A DNA stretch of 64,000 nucleotides from Trichosphaerium sp. ATCC 40318. Taxonomy: Eukaryota > Protista > Tubulinea. Below the pieces are notes generated by a model, which saw only the letters and a program-made list of their open reading frames with translations, made no database searches and was not told the DNA's origin. Both the position numbers and the translations under genes were made by a program. This document shows, in pieces, positions 1 to 15,490 of this stretch; the first letter of the stretch is position 1; each line of letters begins with the position of its first letter. Location of the stretch: assembly GCA_038496445.1 (NCBI GenBank), contig JALMLS010000213.1:124001-188000 (forward strand). The letters run 5' to 3'.

Positions 1-764
1 TTACTTGCGTGGAAAGTCCTACAGTACGTGTTTTTCTGAAATATGAAACGTTGTTTACCAATAAAAAAAGGCCTGTTAAAGCAACTCCTGATACCATGAA
101 GAAGAGCGCAGCTAAATGGATTATGATAAATTCTTACTTTAGAAATTCATTAAAAGTTGCCTATATACTCACGTTTTGCTTGGTGGTAAGATTTCATGTT
201 AGAGTCAATATATCAAGAAGTAAGTTAACAACACTGGTTTGTGTTTTGTCACAAAGTAACTTTCTTAGATATTTCTGGCGCTTTCTTCCTTGGTATATAT
301 TTTGGATGTCTGTTACCTCAAGGTGTAGGTGAGTAACATGTATTTTATGCTAAAAACAGATGTCTGAACCTTATTCAGTTGACTCTTCAAGGTTTTTTTT
401 TGTTCCTGTTTATATTCTTTGTTAATTAAACTCACGTTTCTTAGCCAACTACCAAACAATAATGAAGCTTATAAAGTTAATAGACCAAGGAGAAAAGCTT
501 GCTCCAACACCACAAGGTAAAGCAACAAGGACAGGATTACGTAACATGGCATTATCTTCTTTAAGTTTTAGATTACTGGCACTACCTGTTTATCTTTGCT
601 TGGGATTTTTTGTAATCAGCTGGGATTATGCTCTTTTGTTTTTTATGTCTGTAAATGTTCTTGAAAGGAATTTTGTGTTGATATCTATTGTCAGAAAAAA
701 GAAAACAATAGCAGCAAATAGTGTTAGGACTGTAACCGCGAATACAAAAACAAGTGTACAATAA
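1..764 (+). CDS. Hypothetical multi-pass membrane protein, 3' part (start lies at or before the window edge)
   Basis: GT-AG exons join to ...KVAYILTFCLV|IFLALSSLVYILDVCYLK|MSEPYSVDSS|QLPNNEAY...|FRLLALPVYLCLGFFVISWDYALLFF...KTSVQ*; hydrophobic segments, no recognised family. Confidence 0.5.
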
Positions 765-959
765 AAAACTAAACATAAAAAAAGTTGACATCGGTTTTAA
801 TGGACTCCTTGTGAGTAATCAACGGAGTAAAGTTGATTTGTTCATTGGTACTGTCTAAGAGATATTTGAGCGCCCCTCTTAGAAATTGTACAATCAGTTC
901 TCAAAGTGATGCACACAAACCACACTGACTTAATGACAACGTCAAGTGTATCAAGCGCA

Positions 960-1815
960 ATGGGAAACATACTATTCACGCAACAGAAGGACTCTAACAG
1001 TACCAATAATACCAGCTCCCCAATTATACCAGTTCCTGCCCAAGTTGTACATGTACCTGCAGCCTCAACTAAGAGACGTAGTTTGAACACAGAAAAAACC
1101 GCTCCTGTTGTAAAGGTGGAAGTTGTACTTGTACCTGCAGCTAAAGCTAGGATACGTAATTTGAACACAAAAAAAACCGCTCCTGTTGTAATAGCGGACA
1201 AGAAAAAGGATACGGTACATAGTTTAAACGACAGTAAGACCACAACGAACGAAATTGGTGTTTGTTACTTTGAAACTTTGCCAAATGAACTACATGTACT
1301 TGAAAACATACCCCAACGCTCAACTAACGGAATTCGAGGTCATGATAAGCGTTTACAACGGCGAAATGTATTCAAAATATTGTTGTTTATCTAAATCAAT
1401 AGCTACAGCATCACACTACTCATTGTACGGCAGCTCATGTCAGTCAAAATATTCAATGAATTGAAGAAAAAAAAAAACAATTTGATTGAATGTTTTTTGA
1501 CTTTTTTCAAGCGATTTGAAGAGTCGTCGATGCTTTACATGGCATAAACATGGTTGGTTCATGAAACAAAAAACAGTAGTGGATGGTGTAAGAGATGGTC
1601 TTTATAGGCATTTCAATGATAAGGGAAAAGTGATATTGCATTGTTTTTACAAGCAAGGGAAGATACAGGGAACATACAAAGAGTTTCAGGACAACGGAGT
1701 GTTATGGAAGCATTGTGTTTACGAAGAGGGTATAATTGTCGAAAAAATACTTGGTTGGTTTTATGAACCACACGCATGTGGGAGAGTATATTACAAAGAT
1801 GGAATGCCAAGATGA
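960..1815 (+). CDS. F-box-like + MORN-variant (MORN_2/YwqK-like) repeat protein
   Basis: Introns 1296-1338 and 1425-1511 join three ORF-track pieces in frame. YFETLPNELHVMI is F-box-like; DGVRDGLYRHFNDKGK...GKIQGTYKEFQDNGVLWKHCVYEEG are MORN-variant repeats; MGN start. Confidence 0.65.
1044..1192 (+). repeat. Two-copy 78-bp in-frame tandem duplication
   Basis: gttgtacatgtacctgcagc...tttgaacacagaaaaaaccgctcctgttgtaa at 1044 and a near-identical copy at 1122; encodes VVxVPAA...LNTxKTAPVV twice. Confidence 0.9.
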
Positions 1816-1994
1816 TCAACATTAGAAGACAATTTCCTATAAGTATGTTTTTTGGTTTTGCTTTGAAATCTGTCTTTGTTTTTCTTACATAGTTTCTAGG
1901 CAATATACTTCGGTTGCACAAGAAGTAAGTGTTGTAATTATAATAAAAAGTTACAGATCAAACAGGGAAGAATGTAGAGAAAGTTAATGAAGTT

Positions 1995-2908
1995 TCAGCT
2001 TCGTCGAAACCAACTTAACACGTGTCCGAAAAAAGATGTCGTTTGCTGCTTTTCTTCTTGTAGTAATTGCTGTTTACAAAACTGTAATGATGCACTTGAC
2101 ATGGCGTCATTAACACCCACATTCTAAAGAGGTGTTACAAAAAATTGCAAAGAAAACTGTTTGTTGAACAGTGTTATCTCGTACATTCTTTGATGAAGTT
2201 TCAAAGTAAGACAGTTGTAGGTTTTGAACCATATCATCTACTTCTTGTTTTGAGACAATGCGGTTGGCAATATCATCAGCCTTTGTACCAACCAGAAACA
2301 CAAGTGGTTTCTATGTAGAGCTTGAAAGTCAGAAATCAAAAATAATCCAGTCGAAAACCCTTACAGCATCATGTAATGATTTTGTACTTGTATTAATATC
2401 ATCAATGTACTTTGTAACATTTTCGAAAGACATGCGATTGGTTAAAGAAAATGCAACAAAGATAACATGAGATCCCTTGTAAACAGAGCTTCTAAATTTA
2501 CCTCTTCTTCCTCCAACAAAATCCCAAAGCTACAATGAAAAGACTTTCAATATTCACCTAAACAATCAAGTATCCAAGGCGTACTTGTACTTTAACTCTA
2601 CAGTTAGGTATATGTTGGTTCAAATCTAGCAACTTGTTTCTCTGTGTCATGTTAAGTAATATCTACTTATACTTCCAACCGTACAAAGTTCACACCAACA
2701 GACGAGTTGTAATGCTCTTCGAATGGTTTGCCATCAGCACAATTAATTATTGATGTTTTACCTACCCCTACATAACCGCTGTTAGTACTCCAAACATACT
2801 AGTTTGAAAAGCTTCTTTAACTGTACCATAATCCCCGGCAATGATAAGTTTAACTAAAATTGTATAATCAGAGCCCCGCTGTTGTGTGTACGCGCCCTTT
2901 GGTATCAT
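1995..2908 (-). CDS. Divergent Rab-like small GTPase
   Basis: Spliced motifs KLIIAGDYGVGKTS (G1), SVGVNF (G2), LWDFVGG (G3), LVGTKAD (G4), FETSSK (G5); ends ...HVLSWFRRS*. Confidence 0.85.
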
Positions 2909-3132
2909 TTATTAATCCACAGCTGTAGCACTTTTTACTTGAAAGTCGTATTACTTAACTTGTTAAGTAAGCACCTCATGACCAGAAGAAACATAGCCAG
3001 CTTTGAGCTACAGTAAACTTCGTGTGCAACTGCAAAGTAATAAAAAGTGTCACGTGACTATTATCAGATTGAGTCTAAAGAAGGCCACCCACAGTCCATT
3101 TACATGAAAACAATTACCTGTGGGATTGTTTC

Positions 3133-4578
3133 ATGAATAACTATGAGTCAGCCTTATTCACAATAAAACACAGAAAGCAACAGATGGAACAGATGGAACA
3201 GTTTGTGAAGGGCGTCAGGCTTGCGTTAGAAGGTGTTTTGCACGCCTACAGTATCCCTGCCGTTAAACATTATTTGGGATTGGAGGTAATACCAGAACTG
3301 TCGTTTTTTAGCGTCCATACGCTATACAAGTAATTTAGGGAGTACTCACGGATCGTTTTAGTTTAAAATAAGCTTACTGTCTTATTCAGCCGTTATTCTC
3401 ATCGCAGCTATTTTATTATTGGTACTATGGATACCTTATTGGATTTTAACGCTTTTCACGTACGTACAGTCGTTGCCAATTTACCGATTCATGTACTGAC
3501 TTAATGGATTTAAGCGCACTTCCGTACATTGCGTACAGTACAGCGTGCTGGTATGTTTCTAAACAAATTGTATTCTTTGTTCCTGTTGTAGTATTACTTG
3601 TGTACAGGTAAACAGTTTTAAAAAAAAAACACGTGGGTGTTGCTAATCAGTGATTTAGAAACATTGCAAGAGTTGCATCTGACAACATTTTTTTCATTTG
3701 CTTGTCTGAACATGATGCTAAATGGTCAGAAGAAATATCAAGAATAAAGCCAGAGCGTCTATACACATGGTAATAATAACATAAAACAAAGAGCACGTGA
3801 AAAACTGACACCATTCGAAAGGTTTTATCGTGAAGGCAAACGTATTTTGAAGTACCTTGCTATGTTTGGCGCAGCACTCTTGGCACTGTTGACGATATTC
3901 TCCATGGGTGGTGTACTAGGACTTCTTCCCTTCATATCAGGAGGCTTAGTTGCCAATTATATTTGGTACTTTGTAGGTATGTAACTCTAGAACACAGTTG
4001 TACTGCCATTCTCACTCTTTGTTTTTAGGCTTGTCTCTTAAATCCTGGGTAGCGTATAAGACACTTGGTGTTAAATTCTCTGTAGCAATGTTCGTACTGG
4101 CAATAATACCAGCTACGCAGTAAGTGATACATAACAAGACTTCGCCACGTGATACATACATAATTATTAGGTCTTATGGTTTGCTGATATTAAAACTTGC
4201 TCTTGCTTCAGTAGCTTTAACTAGAGAGTTTCTAGAGCCTTTCGGGTACGGTTTGTATTTTTTTTGCTGAGTCCATTTTATTCAGACATTGAATAACGTA
4301 AATACATAGAGTGAGAACAGATAAAAAGGTTATGAACGAGTTCACTAAAGAAAAAGGATGGTTATTTTTTGGTTTCAGTTTACCTTTTCTTCTGGTTATG
4401 ACGATACCACTGTGTGAGTTTCTTTGCACTAAGATTGACTACTTAACTTCATTCTTATTTTTTTCTTATAGTTGGTATTCTCATATGGTTGTTCGCACAA
4501 GGAGCAGTAGCTTGTTTGCTTTTCCATTGTAAAAACGATATTGTAAATAATCAACACTATAAAATCAAAAAGCGATAA
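3133..4578 (+). CDS. Multi-pass membrane protein, possibly EI24/CysZ-like
   Basis: About 8 exons encoding several TM helices; C-terminal ...REFLEPF...WLFFGFSLPFLLVMTIP|LVGILIWLFAQGAVACL resembles EI24-family ends; family call tentative. Confidence 0.55.
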
Positions 4579-4815
4579 TGCCGAAATGCAAATGGAACCA
4601 AGTATATCGCTTAGAGTTTATACTGAAAAAGGGTCTTTATGCTAGTTTGTAGTCTATACTATGAGGGCATGGTGTTGAGGAAAGTTTTTGTGCACGTGAC
4701 CACTTAGTAGCCGGTATTACAAATAAATGGAACTTAAAATATACTAATTTATTAGTTTCAAGTTGAAGGTCAAAATACGACAAAAAAAAAAGAGTTTTGA
4801 TTCAATACTTGTTGG

Positions 4816-6645
4816 TCAGGATTCGTCTGTCTTGTTTTTTGGTGTCCCTGAAGATGTCATTTGTTTCTTAAGGAACCACTTTCTACCAACTTGCATTATA
4901 GGTTCCTTGACAGCTCCCCAAGTAAGGTTACTTGCTTCAAGTTCATCTTTTCCTTCTTTTTTTATATCATTCCTAAATCCAACAATTAGTTCACAATGAT
5001 TACTTTACAAATATCTAAAGCATAATGCTTAGAACTAACTTACCATAACCAATTGAGAAAACTTCTCATTGAACCACTTGACAAGTCACCTATTAAATTG
5101 AAATTAAATTCATTACCTCAACAGCAAAAAAAATTATACTAACCTTTGACACCTTCTTCTAGACCTTGTTGTAGCCTTGCTTCTGTTGCCATTATTTGAG
5201 CGTATTCTTCAGCATGTTTGGTAATAACTGGGTTCAACATCATAGCTTCTTGCTGCTTTACAGCTGCATGTGTCGTTCCTTTTGTCTTAAATACAAACTT
5301 CGAAAAGTACTCCTTTGAAATAAAGCCGTCATCATCTTCCACACAGGGATACCACACTAAACCCTCACCAGTGCCTGATACTCCAAAGGTATCCTTAACA
5401 AATGGATCATTGCTTTCAACGGCATCTACTATTTTGTTGATTTTATTGGCAGTCTCCTGAAGCTTGTCTTCATCCGCCATACAAATGTTAATTGGTTCAG
5501 TGAAAAAAGGAATGATAATGACATCAGGGTATTCATCTAAAGCATCACCCAAAAAAACTTTGATACGATCTGGGTTAATTATTAGTTTATCTCCAACCTA
5601 AAAAACAATATTAGACGCATGTAAATAATCGACGTAATCAAAAAAAAAATAAAAGAGTGTACCTGAATTGAGAAAATAGCAAAGACATTTTTATCAATGT
5701 CACAAATAGCAGCGCCTCTCATTATCCCTTTACCACACCATTCTCCAAATATCGTAAGGTTTTCCTTTGATGTATCCATGATACCCTGAACATCATGTTA
5801 AAGACTGACCGACAAAGTGAAGGCAACAGGCGGAACTCAATAAAAATAAACTTCAAAAAAAAAGTTTTAATAACCCAACCAAATTCCGAGAACAAAAACG
5901 CACCTTCCAGAACTTCAATTTACTTTTCGCGAATTTCTCGAATCCATGATTATCCTGTTTATAAGAAATAAACTTGTTTCGACTCTATAAAGATAACATG
6001 AGCACTATTAAAAATGACACAAAAACACGTCATTTTTTTATCAAAATACAGCAGAATTTAACGATTTTCACTTGTCAACGTGCCTGGAAGTACGCAAACT
6101 TCTTTGGACCTTGTACAGTTACGCTAGCGTTCGTTCCATGCACTTTAGGATAGTCAATAGACGAAGATTGGGAAGAAAGGCATTTAGCAACCGTACGTTT
6201 GATTTTGCCTCTAAATGGGATGGTGGTCTTGTCTTCAGAATGTTGAATCCTTACGTTGTGAAATAAGCGTATTTCAGGCCACCGTACAAAAGTTCCCTTG
6301 TTCCGTTTCCGAACAGTTTTTGGTTTTGCAACTACGTAATTGCGTTAATGATACAGAAAATTCGCTATCAGAACTCTTTTTACGCTGTTTGAGAGGTTTT
6401 TGGCAGACCCAATCAAGTTAAATGCGGTTTAGGTTTATTGTTGGTTACGTACGTGTAAGATCAGGGTACAGAGACTTTGCGTGTTTAATTAACCATGGTT
6501 TACATTGTTTAAACTGTTTTGCCTTTAAAGTGTCGCATAACTCCGCCTGAAGCGTGCATACATCACAATAGAGTACTTTATGAGGAAACTCTGTACTGTC
6601 ATCTTCTTTTACATCCTCATCGGGCTTATACGTCCACGGTTCCAT
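4816..6645 (-). CDS. DENR/Tma22-like N-terminal zinc domain fused to an Rnl2-family ATP-dependent RNA ligase
   Basis: Exon 1 KVLYCDVCTLQAELCDTLKAKQFKQCKPWL; ligase motifs I KIKLHGTNAS, Ia QSRN, III IFGEWCG, IIIa FAIFSI, IV GEGLVW, V FKTKG, plus C-terminal NDIKKE segment; all introns phase-compatible. Confidence 0.85.
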
Positions 6646-6966
6646 TTCAATATGTTATACTACTCTAATTCTTACTTTAGTGCAGCTAGAGTACGCCACT
6701 TCACGTAATATTCTCAAAAAGCTTTTCCCAGCAAATTACTGCGTACTGCTACAGTCAAACGACTTCCTGCATCTATAGAAAGACAAGCACGTGAACTATC
6801 ACTTGAAACGTCATTAATAAAAATAGGTTTGTACGTGCAAGCACGGGAACAACTTTTTTTTTTAACTGTCTCAATACCCACAAAAAATCTTGTCTTTTTT
6901 GAGGTTTATTTTACAAGTACATTTTATTCAAATTAACCATACATTGTCTATTTTTCTGTCCTCTCT

Positions 6967-9766
<2,800 letters not shown>

Positions 9767-10298
9767 ACGCTCGTGTCGATTGTCTTGCCTAGTAGATCCA
9801 ATTAGAGATGTTATGGGAGACAAACAACAAACTGTTTCAGATCGCGTTAAAGTGCAAAAATAGGGGTGTTTGGGGCATTATATAGCATATTCCCGCCTGT
9901 GACACTCCATTCAAAGCATTTGAAGGTAAAAGAAAATTCCGCGTTATTGTGGGTATGGAGATCGCTTGGAGACTCCTGCACACCTGTTGGCCATCAAGTT
10001 GAGTGGCTTGTTATTGTTGTGTACCAACAACTAGTTATTTGCTTGTAGCGCTTTTAATATTTGACCGTCGTGCAATATCTGACAAATGGGTTTTGTTTTG
10101 GTCTTCAGTATGCAAACCGCTTGAAGTGAGTTGTATTGCGTCTAATTGCAGTATTTATCTCCTTATGTACGCCTTTCAACTACTTCGCTTTAATGCCTTG
10201 TCTCCAGAGCAATTGTTCACGGAACTACGCTCTTGAAGCAAAAAAAAAGTCACGAGCGAGTCAGCTGTTTGTACATCACTACCCACATACACCAACAC

Positions 10299-12701
10299 AT
10301 GCTTCTCACATCACATAACACACAACCCTACCAAGACTCCTTCGGTCTTGACACCGCTAGTAGAAATTTACCGTTGCCTCCAACGCCCATGTCCGGAAGT
10401 CACCGTCCATTGCCTTCTGCGCCGGAAACAAGCAATTCTCTTGACAGGAGGTGTTCGTGGGACGACGAAGAATTTAGCTCGTTTCACGATAGCGACGATG
10501 CGTTAGATAGCGACAGGGAGTTTGATTCCGAGGCTTCAGAGTCAAGCAGTATTGTTCCACCTCTACCTCCACGAAGGCGCAGATCGTCTAATAATGTACT
10601 AATGGCATCTATGAGACATAGAAAACAGAGCGAAGCTGGTAATTCGTAAAAACAACATCGTCAATTCGGTAATAACTAGTATTATAGCAGCTAAACGCTC
10701 TAAAGCATCTATTTTACTTTCCAACACAAACCGTTCCCAATACAAAAACGGCGAAACAGATAAACGACACCAATACGATTATAATCAAAAAAGTACGCCT
10801 TACAAGTGAAAAGAACACTTTTAGAAAATAGTAATTGCATTTGGGTTGAGGGAACTTCGCTAACGTCTCCCGAAAAAAAAAAAGGGTTACCGATTCTCTC
10901 TACTCTCTTTACGATGCTACAACAACACATTTTGACTTAAATACAAAACCAACCCTCTTCTTAGTCTCAGCACAAGATATCGTGATCAACAACACTGGAT
11001 TACTCATGAAAAGCATGAGAGACTCTCTTGTAAGTACACGTAGCGCAATATTGGGAAAACTTGCCTATTCTAGAGCAATTGAAATCGCTTTTTCTTTGTC
11101 GACCTCCCAAAAGTGGCTTACAAAAGCTTTTATGCTAACAGAAAACTGTTTACTAGCGTTTTTCGTTTTTAGTACACGTAGTGCTACTTTTGGTCTAAAT
11201 TCCTCCATTAGAAGCAAGGTGATGAAGAAGCTGTGGCACAGATAAAAGACGCACTAAGAAACCTAGACGATGAAGGTCACTCTGAATATCTTAAACAGAA
11301 AGGATTTACGCCAATAATAAGAAGTGCTCCGGAAAAGATTTCAAGTTTTGAATGCGAGAATGATTCTGGAGCTCTTGGTGCACCAGTGTATGCAAAGATT
11401 ACACCTAGACTTCAAACAGGTGGATGTGTCGTAGACACAAAAAGCCGCAGTTATACAACTTTAGACCGTGATAGTTGGCGTAAGATGACCGTTGGACCAG
11501 TAGCAGGAACTGCACCTATAAATGGTGCTACTGGATCTAGCGCTAGAAGTCTTAAACCTGCTCCTGGTCCTTCAAAAACTCCTGGTAACCCAGGTGCACA
11601 CAAGAAGAATCAATCAGTTAGTTCGCGTTTCGCAGTAAAGAAGAAGTCAGGAAAGAAGCTTGTACGTCATAGTAGACAGGAAATTTTTTTTTGAATACAC
11701 GTTTTTTTTTTCTGTTTTCTTATCGTTTTCTTGTTTAGGAAATGGCTAGATTGAGAAAGAGTAAAGCTAACTTACCTGCTACTAAAATATCTTCATCAGT
11801 TATACCTGCACAAAGCAGATCTGTACCTTCTTTCTCTACAGCACCACGTAAAAAATCTCCTTTGAGAGCAAAACCTGAACGTATGTCATTTCACACTATG
11901 GCTGCCAATTACTATGGCAAAAAGGTATGTGCCTCATGACTTGTTATTATATCTGTATTAACCTATTTTTTAGAGTGGTAGTTATAAAGCAAGTGTGCTA
12001 GACTTTGAAAAACGTAAAAACGGTAAAGACGCAGTACTTTCTGTTGCTGTAAGTAACAAGTTTTTTTGGAACCTAGTTGTAGTTTCTTGTTTATTTATCC
12101 TTATATTTCTTATAGATGTTCCGTATTTGTGTATCAAGAGAAGGTAAGGAGTGGTTAGTATTCCGTAGTTACCAGCAATTTGTTAGTCTAGATAACAGAG
12201 TACGGAAAAACATTCTGAATTTTTTTCTGTTGTTTTTTTATTCGCGTACTAACTTTATTGTTTAGTTGAAAAAGAAAAAGGTCGTTGGTAAGAAAGACAT
12301 AAAAATAACGTCAAAGAAAGCAATGGTTGTACTATCACCTAAAAAGAGAGCTAAGATTCTTGATGGGTATATACAAAAGCTACTAGGTAATTTCAATGAA
12401 AGCTACAATGTTGTTTTTAGCGCACGTGCGCTTTTTCCAACCTACTTCAATTGTTGATGCAAGTTTAACGTTTTTATATCGTTTTTTGATAAGATCCAAA
12501 TATCCACTTTCTAACACGTGATTTAGCACTCTTGCACGTGACAAGAAGTCCATACTTTCAAAATTTTATTGAACCAATGCAACTTGGTGATATTAAGGTA
12601 AGTGGCTACTGTCCTTTCGTATTCCTTTTTTTATGGTGAAGCAACGTACTCATTTTAATTTTTTTTAGCCTGATAAATACGCAGCAATGCAGCAAGGATA
12701 G
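10299..12701 (+). CDS. PX-domain protein with long Ser/Pro/basic low-complexity N-terminus (start approximate)
   Basis: Last exons give MFRICVSREGKEWLVFRSYQQFVSLDNRL...KKRAKILDGYIQKLL...FQNFIEP, a PX signature; PPLPPRRRR motif upstream. Confidence 0.7.
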
Positions 12702-13193
12702 TTAGTTGATATATTTTGTTTAATATCTGTAAATATATGTAAATAAGCGAAACGAAAACAAAAATAGAGAGTCTGTATTTAATTAATGCAGCTCATCATA
12801 ATAAAAATTGCTAGTCTAAATAGAGTTAGATTGGCCAACATAGTCAATATAAGGAGACGCCCTTGCCAGGAAATATGCTCAGTCCTTGGTGGCTCTAGCG
12901 TAGCCACGTAAACGGATTTATTCTGTATTTTAAGAAGAGTTGTGTGAATTGCAAATGTGTTGGAAGCAAAAAAAGAAATATTTAATTTTTTTTCAAAGAA
13001 AAAAGGAAACAGTCAAATGGATTTTTAACAAATTTCGAAAATATGTCCAGTAGCACTGATACAGAGGCATGTGTTCTTTGTTTTATTTTGTGGTACCATC
13101 GCCCAAATCGAAGTTATCCAACCAAACTACCGCCATCAACAAGGTAATAATAATGATTGTTTATTCATTTGTTTTTTTATTTACAGGTTAGCT

Positions 13194-15490
13194 TTACTGA
13201 GCTTCTGATTTATCATCGTCCTCAATAAGTTTCTTGAGTACTCTAATTGATGGATATTTGATAGATTTATCGTTTCCATAAAGTACATCAAAGTCCTTGT
13301 GCCTGTTGTAAAAAAAACAATGAGATTTATTATACGTTTAGGAGGCAAAACAGTTTAAAGAAATGTACCAATTATACAGCGCAGCACCAGACGACATATG
13401 AGATCCAAATGGATTTAATTCAATAACGTGACAACTATAATCTTTATATACGACAATATCAATGACATATGAAGGCATTGGCAAGCAATCTTGAACAAAA
13501 AATAAGCATTTCAATCGCACACTAAAACACGAAATGGTTCACGTTTTTTTGTTCTACTGAGGTAAGCAAAAGCGTACCTTTGATCTTGTTGTGATATTCG
13601 ACTATAGAGTCTCGTATTTTACATACGTGCTCTCTATCTTGAAGCTTCTCAAACACGTAATAGCAGTGGTACTGTGAAATAGCATACATCTCTTTGTTAT
13701 GAACAAAACATCTGAATTCATGGTCTTGAGGCATCTCAGTGACCCAGTCTCTGAATATTAAGTTCAATACACCTCCGCTTGTGTCTAGTAGAAAATATTA
13801 ATACATACTCGGTGAGTTCAACTAAGTGCAAGTCATTTTCTAAACACTTCAAAAAAAGTCTAAGCAGTTTCAATTTTAGGATATAACATTTTGCTGTGAT
13901 TGTTGTGAGTGCGTTTATGTGCTATCACTGAACAATGATACAAAATTATACGTTTTTGGGATATAAAATATCACTTATAGTAAAGTTTTACGTACTTTTT
14001 ACACTGTACTGAAAGAACAAACCGATATCACTAGAAAAAAAAGTTAGAATCATATTGGAGACGTAAAACTTTGGTAAATAGAGTTGTTCGTTACCTAAAT
14101 ATACGTTGGCTTTTTGATACCAATTCAATACACTCATATCCGTTTTTGACTTGCAATCCGTTAAGTTTTGCTTGCATTCTTGTTTCAAGACTTCCTGAAA
14201 ATAGAGGTATAAGTTGTTGCCTTAATGTAAGGCTAGATTTATCTTACCGTCTTTTTCATCTTTAGACGTAGACACACCATCTTTAGGACTTCTTGTAGAT
14301 AAACGACAAAAGTAAGGGACGTCATCAGTGCCCAAAAATTTGGATATTTTGTCCTACACTCAAAGTCAGCATGAAAAAAAAACTGAATAAAAGCTCAAAC
14401 CTCGAGTGTTTCACGTGCTTCTGCCTCTGCGTTTGTTTCTCTTGAAGACATACCTTAATATCCAAAGTAAGAAATACGCACAAGTTTAAAGTCACTAAGC
14501 ACGTACCAAGATTCGTAGCTAGCTTTATGCTACAAAGCTTTTGAAGCAACTTAAGTTCTGTTTCATCGAGACCTATCCATTTTGTTGCAGATGTGTAACA
14601 AGTTCCAGACTTCTTTGATAATTCCTCCAGCGCAGGATACCTGAAAATAAAAAATTAAGTATCCAATGACCCATTACAAAGTCTTATACCATTGCTCAAT
14701 GTTATATTTTGTAATCTGTGCTACATATAGGCGACGCATTGTAATCTAAAAAACCACTTAGTATTCTGTTTGGTAAGGCTGATAATCACTATTTCTTTCT
14801 TTGCAATAGACATGGTCGGCACGGAAATATATTAGTTAGTCTACTGCCGTTTTGTTTTCAGAAAATAGACGCATGCAAATCAAAAACACAAACCAAGAAA
14901 ACCAAGTACCTCAAAGTTGGATTTGTCGACAATAAAATACACCTGTTCTGGTATACCTCCATCCTAAAAATAGGGTCAAAACCGTATCCTTGATTTGGAT
15001 TGCGTACGGTGAGTTTGAGTTTGAGTTCTTTGATGGCGTCTCCAATGTAAAACAGTTGAGAACGATCAAAGGTGACTTTTATTGGATTCTCAAAAGGAGG
15101 CTCCACAATAGCGTCTAAGTAGCCTGAAAACAATGTTAGTAACTTTATTTCATATCAGTGGACGTGTTTAAGCGTACATGGATGCGCTTTGTGCTTGTAG
15201 AGGTCCGTGAAAGTTTTAAATACCTATTTGGGCTTTTAATAAACGCTGGCGCGTACATTGCGTACCTGGAAACACATATCGCAGGTTGGAGTTGTTCCTG
15301 TAACTTTTGAAGGTCTTTCTACTTTTTCGTCCGTTTTGGCATCGAAGTAAGAATAAGGAGATCCTTTAGAGCCTTCAAGCTACAAAGAATTGAATATGGG
15401 CACTTTTAATAATAGACGCACGTTATTGTTGTTAATTTCATCTAATCTAGCTTCAACGTATATCTCAGGGTAATTTATAGTTGGCTCCAT
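13194..15490 (-). CDS. Cdc123-like (R2K clade) ATP-grasp protein with N-terminal zinc finger
   Basis: NIEQWYP, FCRLSTRSPKDG, LIFRDW, EFRCFV, AISQY, YVIDI, VIELNPFG, GAALYNW; N-terminal CDMCFQVFKTFTDLYKHKAHPC. Confidence 0.85.

Noticed and set aside
12850-12915. GC-richer patch with a GTGGCT/AGCCAC hairpin between convergent genes
   Set aside because: Only a 6-bp stem, with no tRNA, snRNA or snoRNA boxes recognisable; would need an Infernal search
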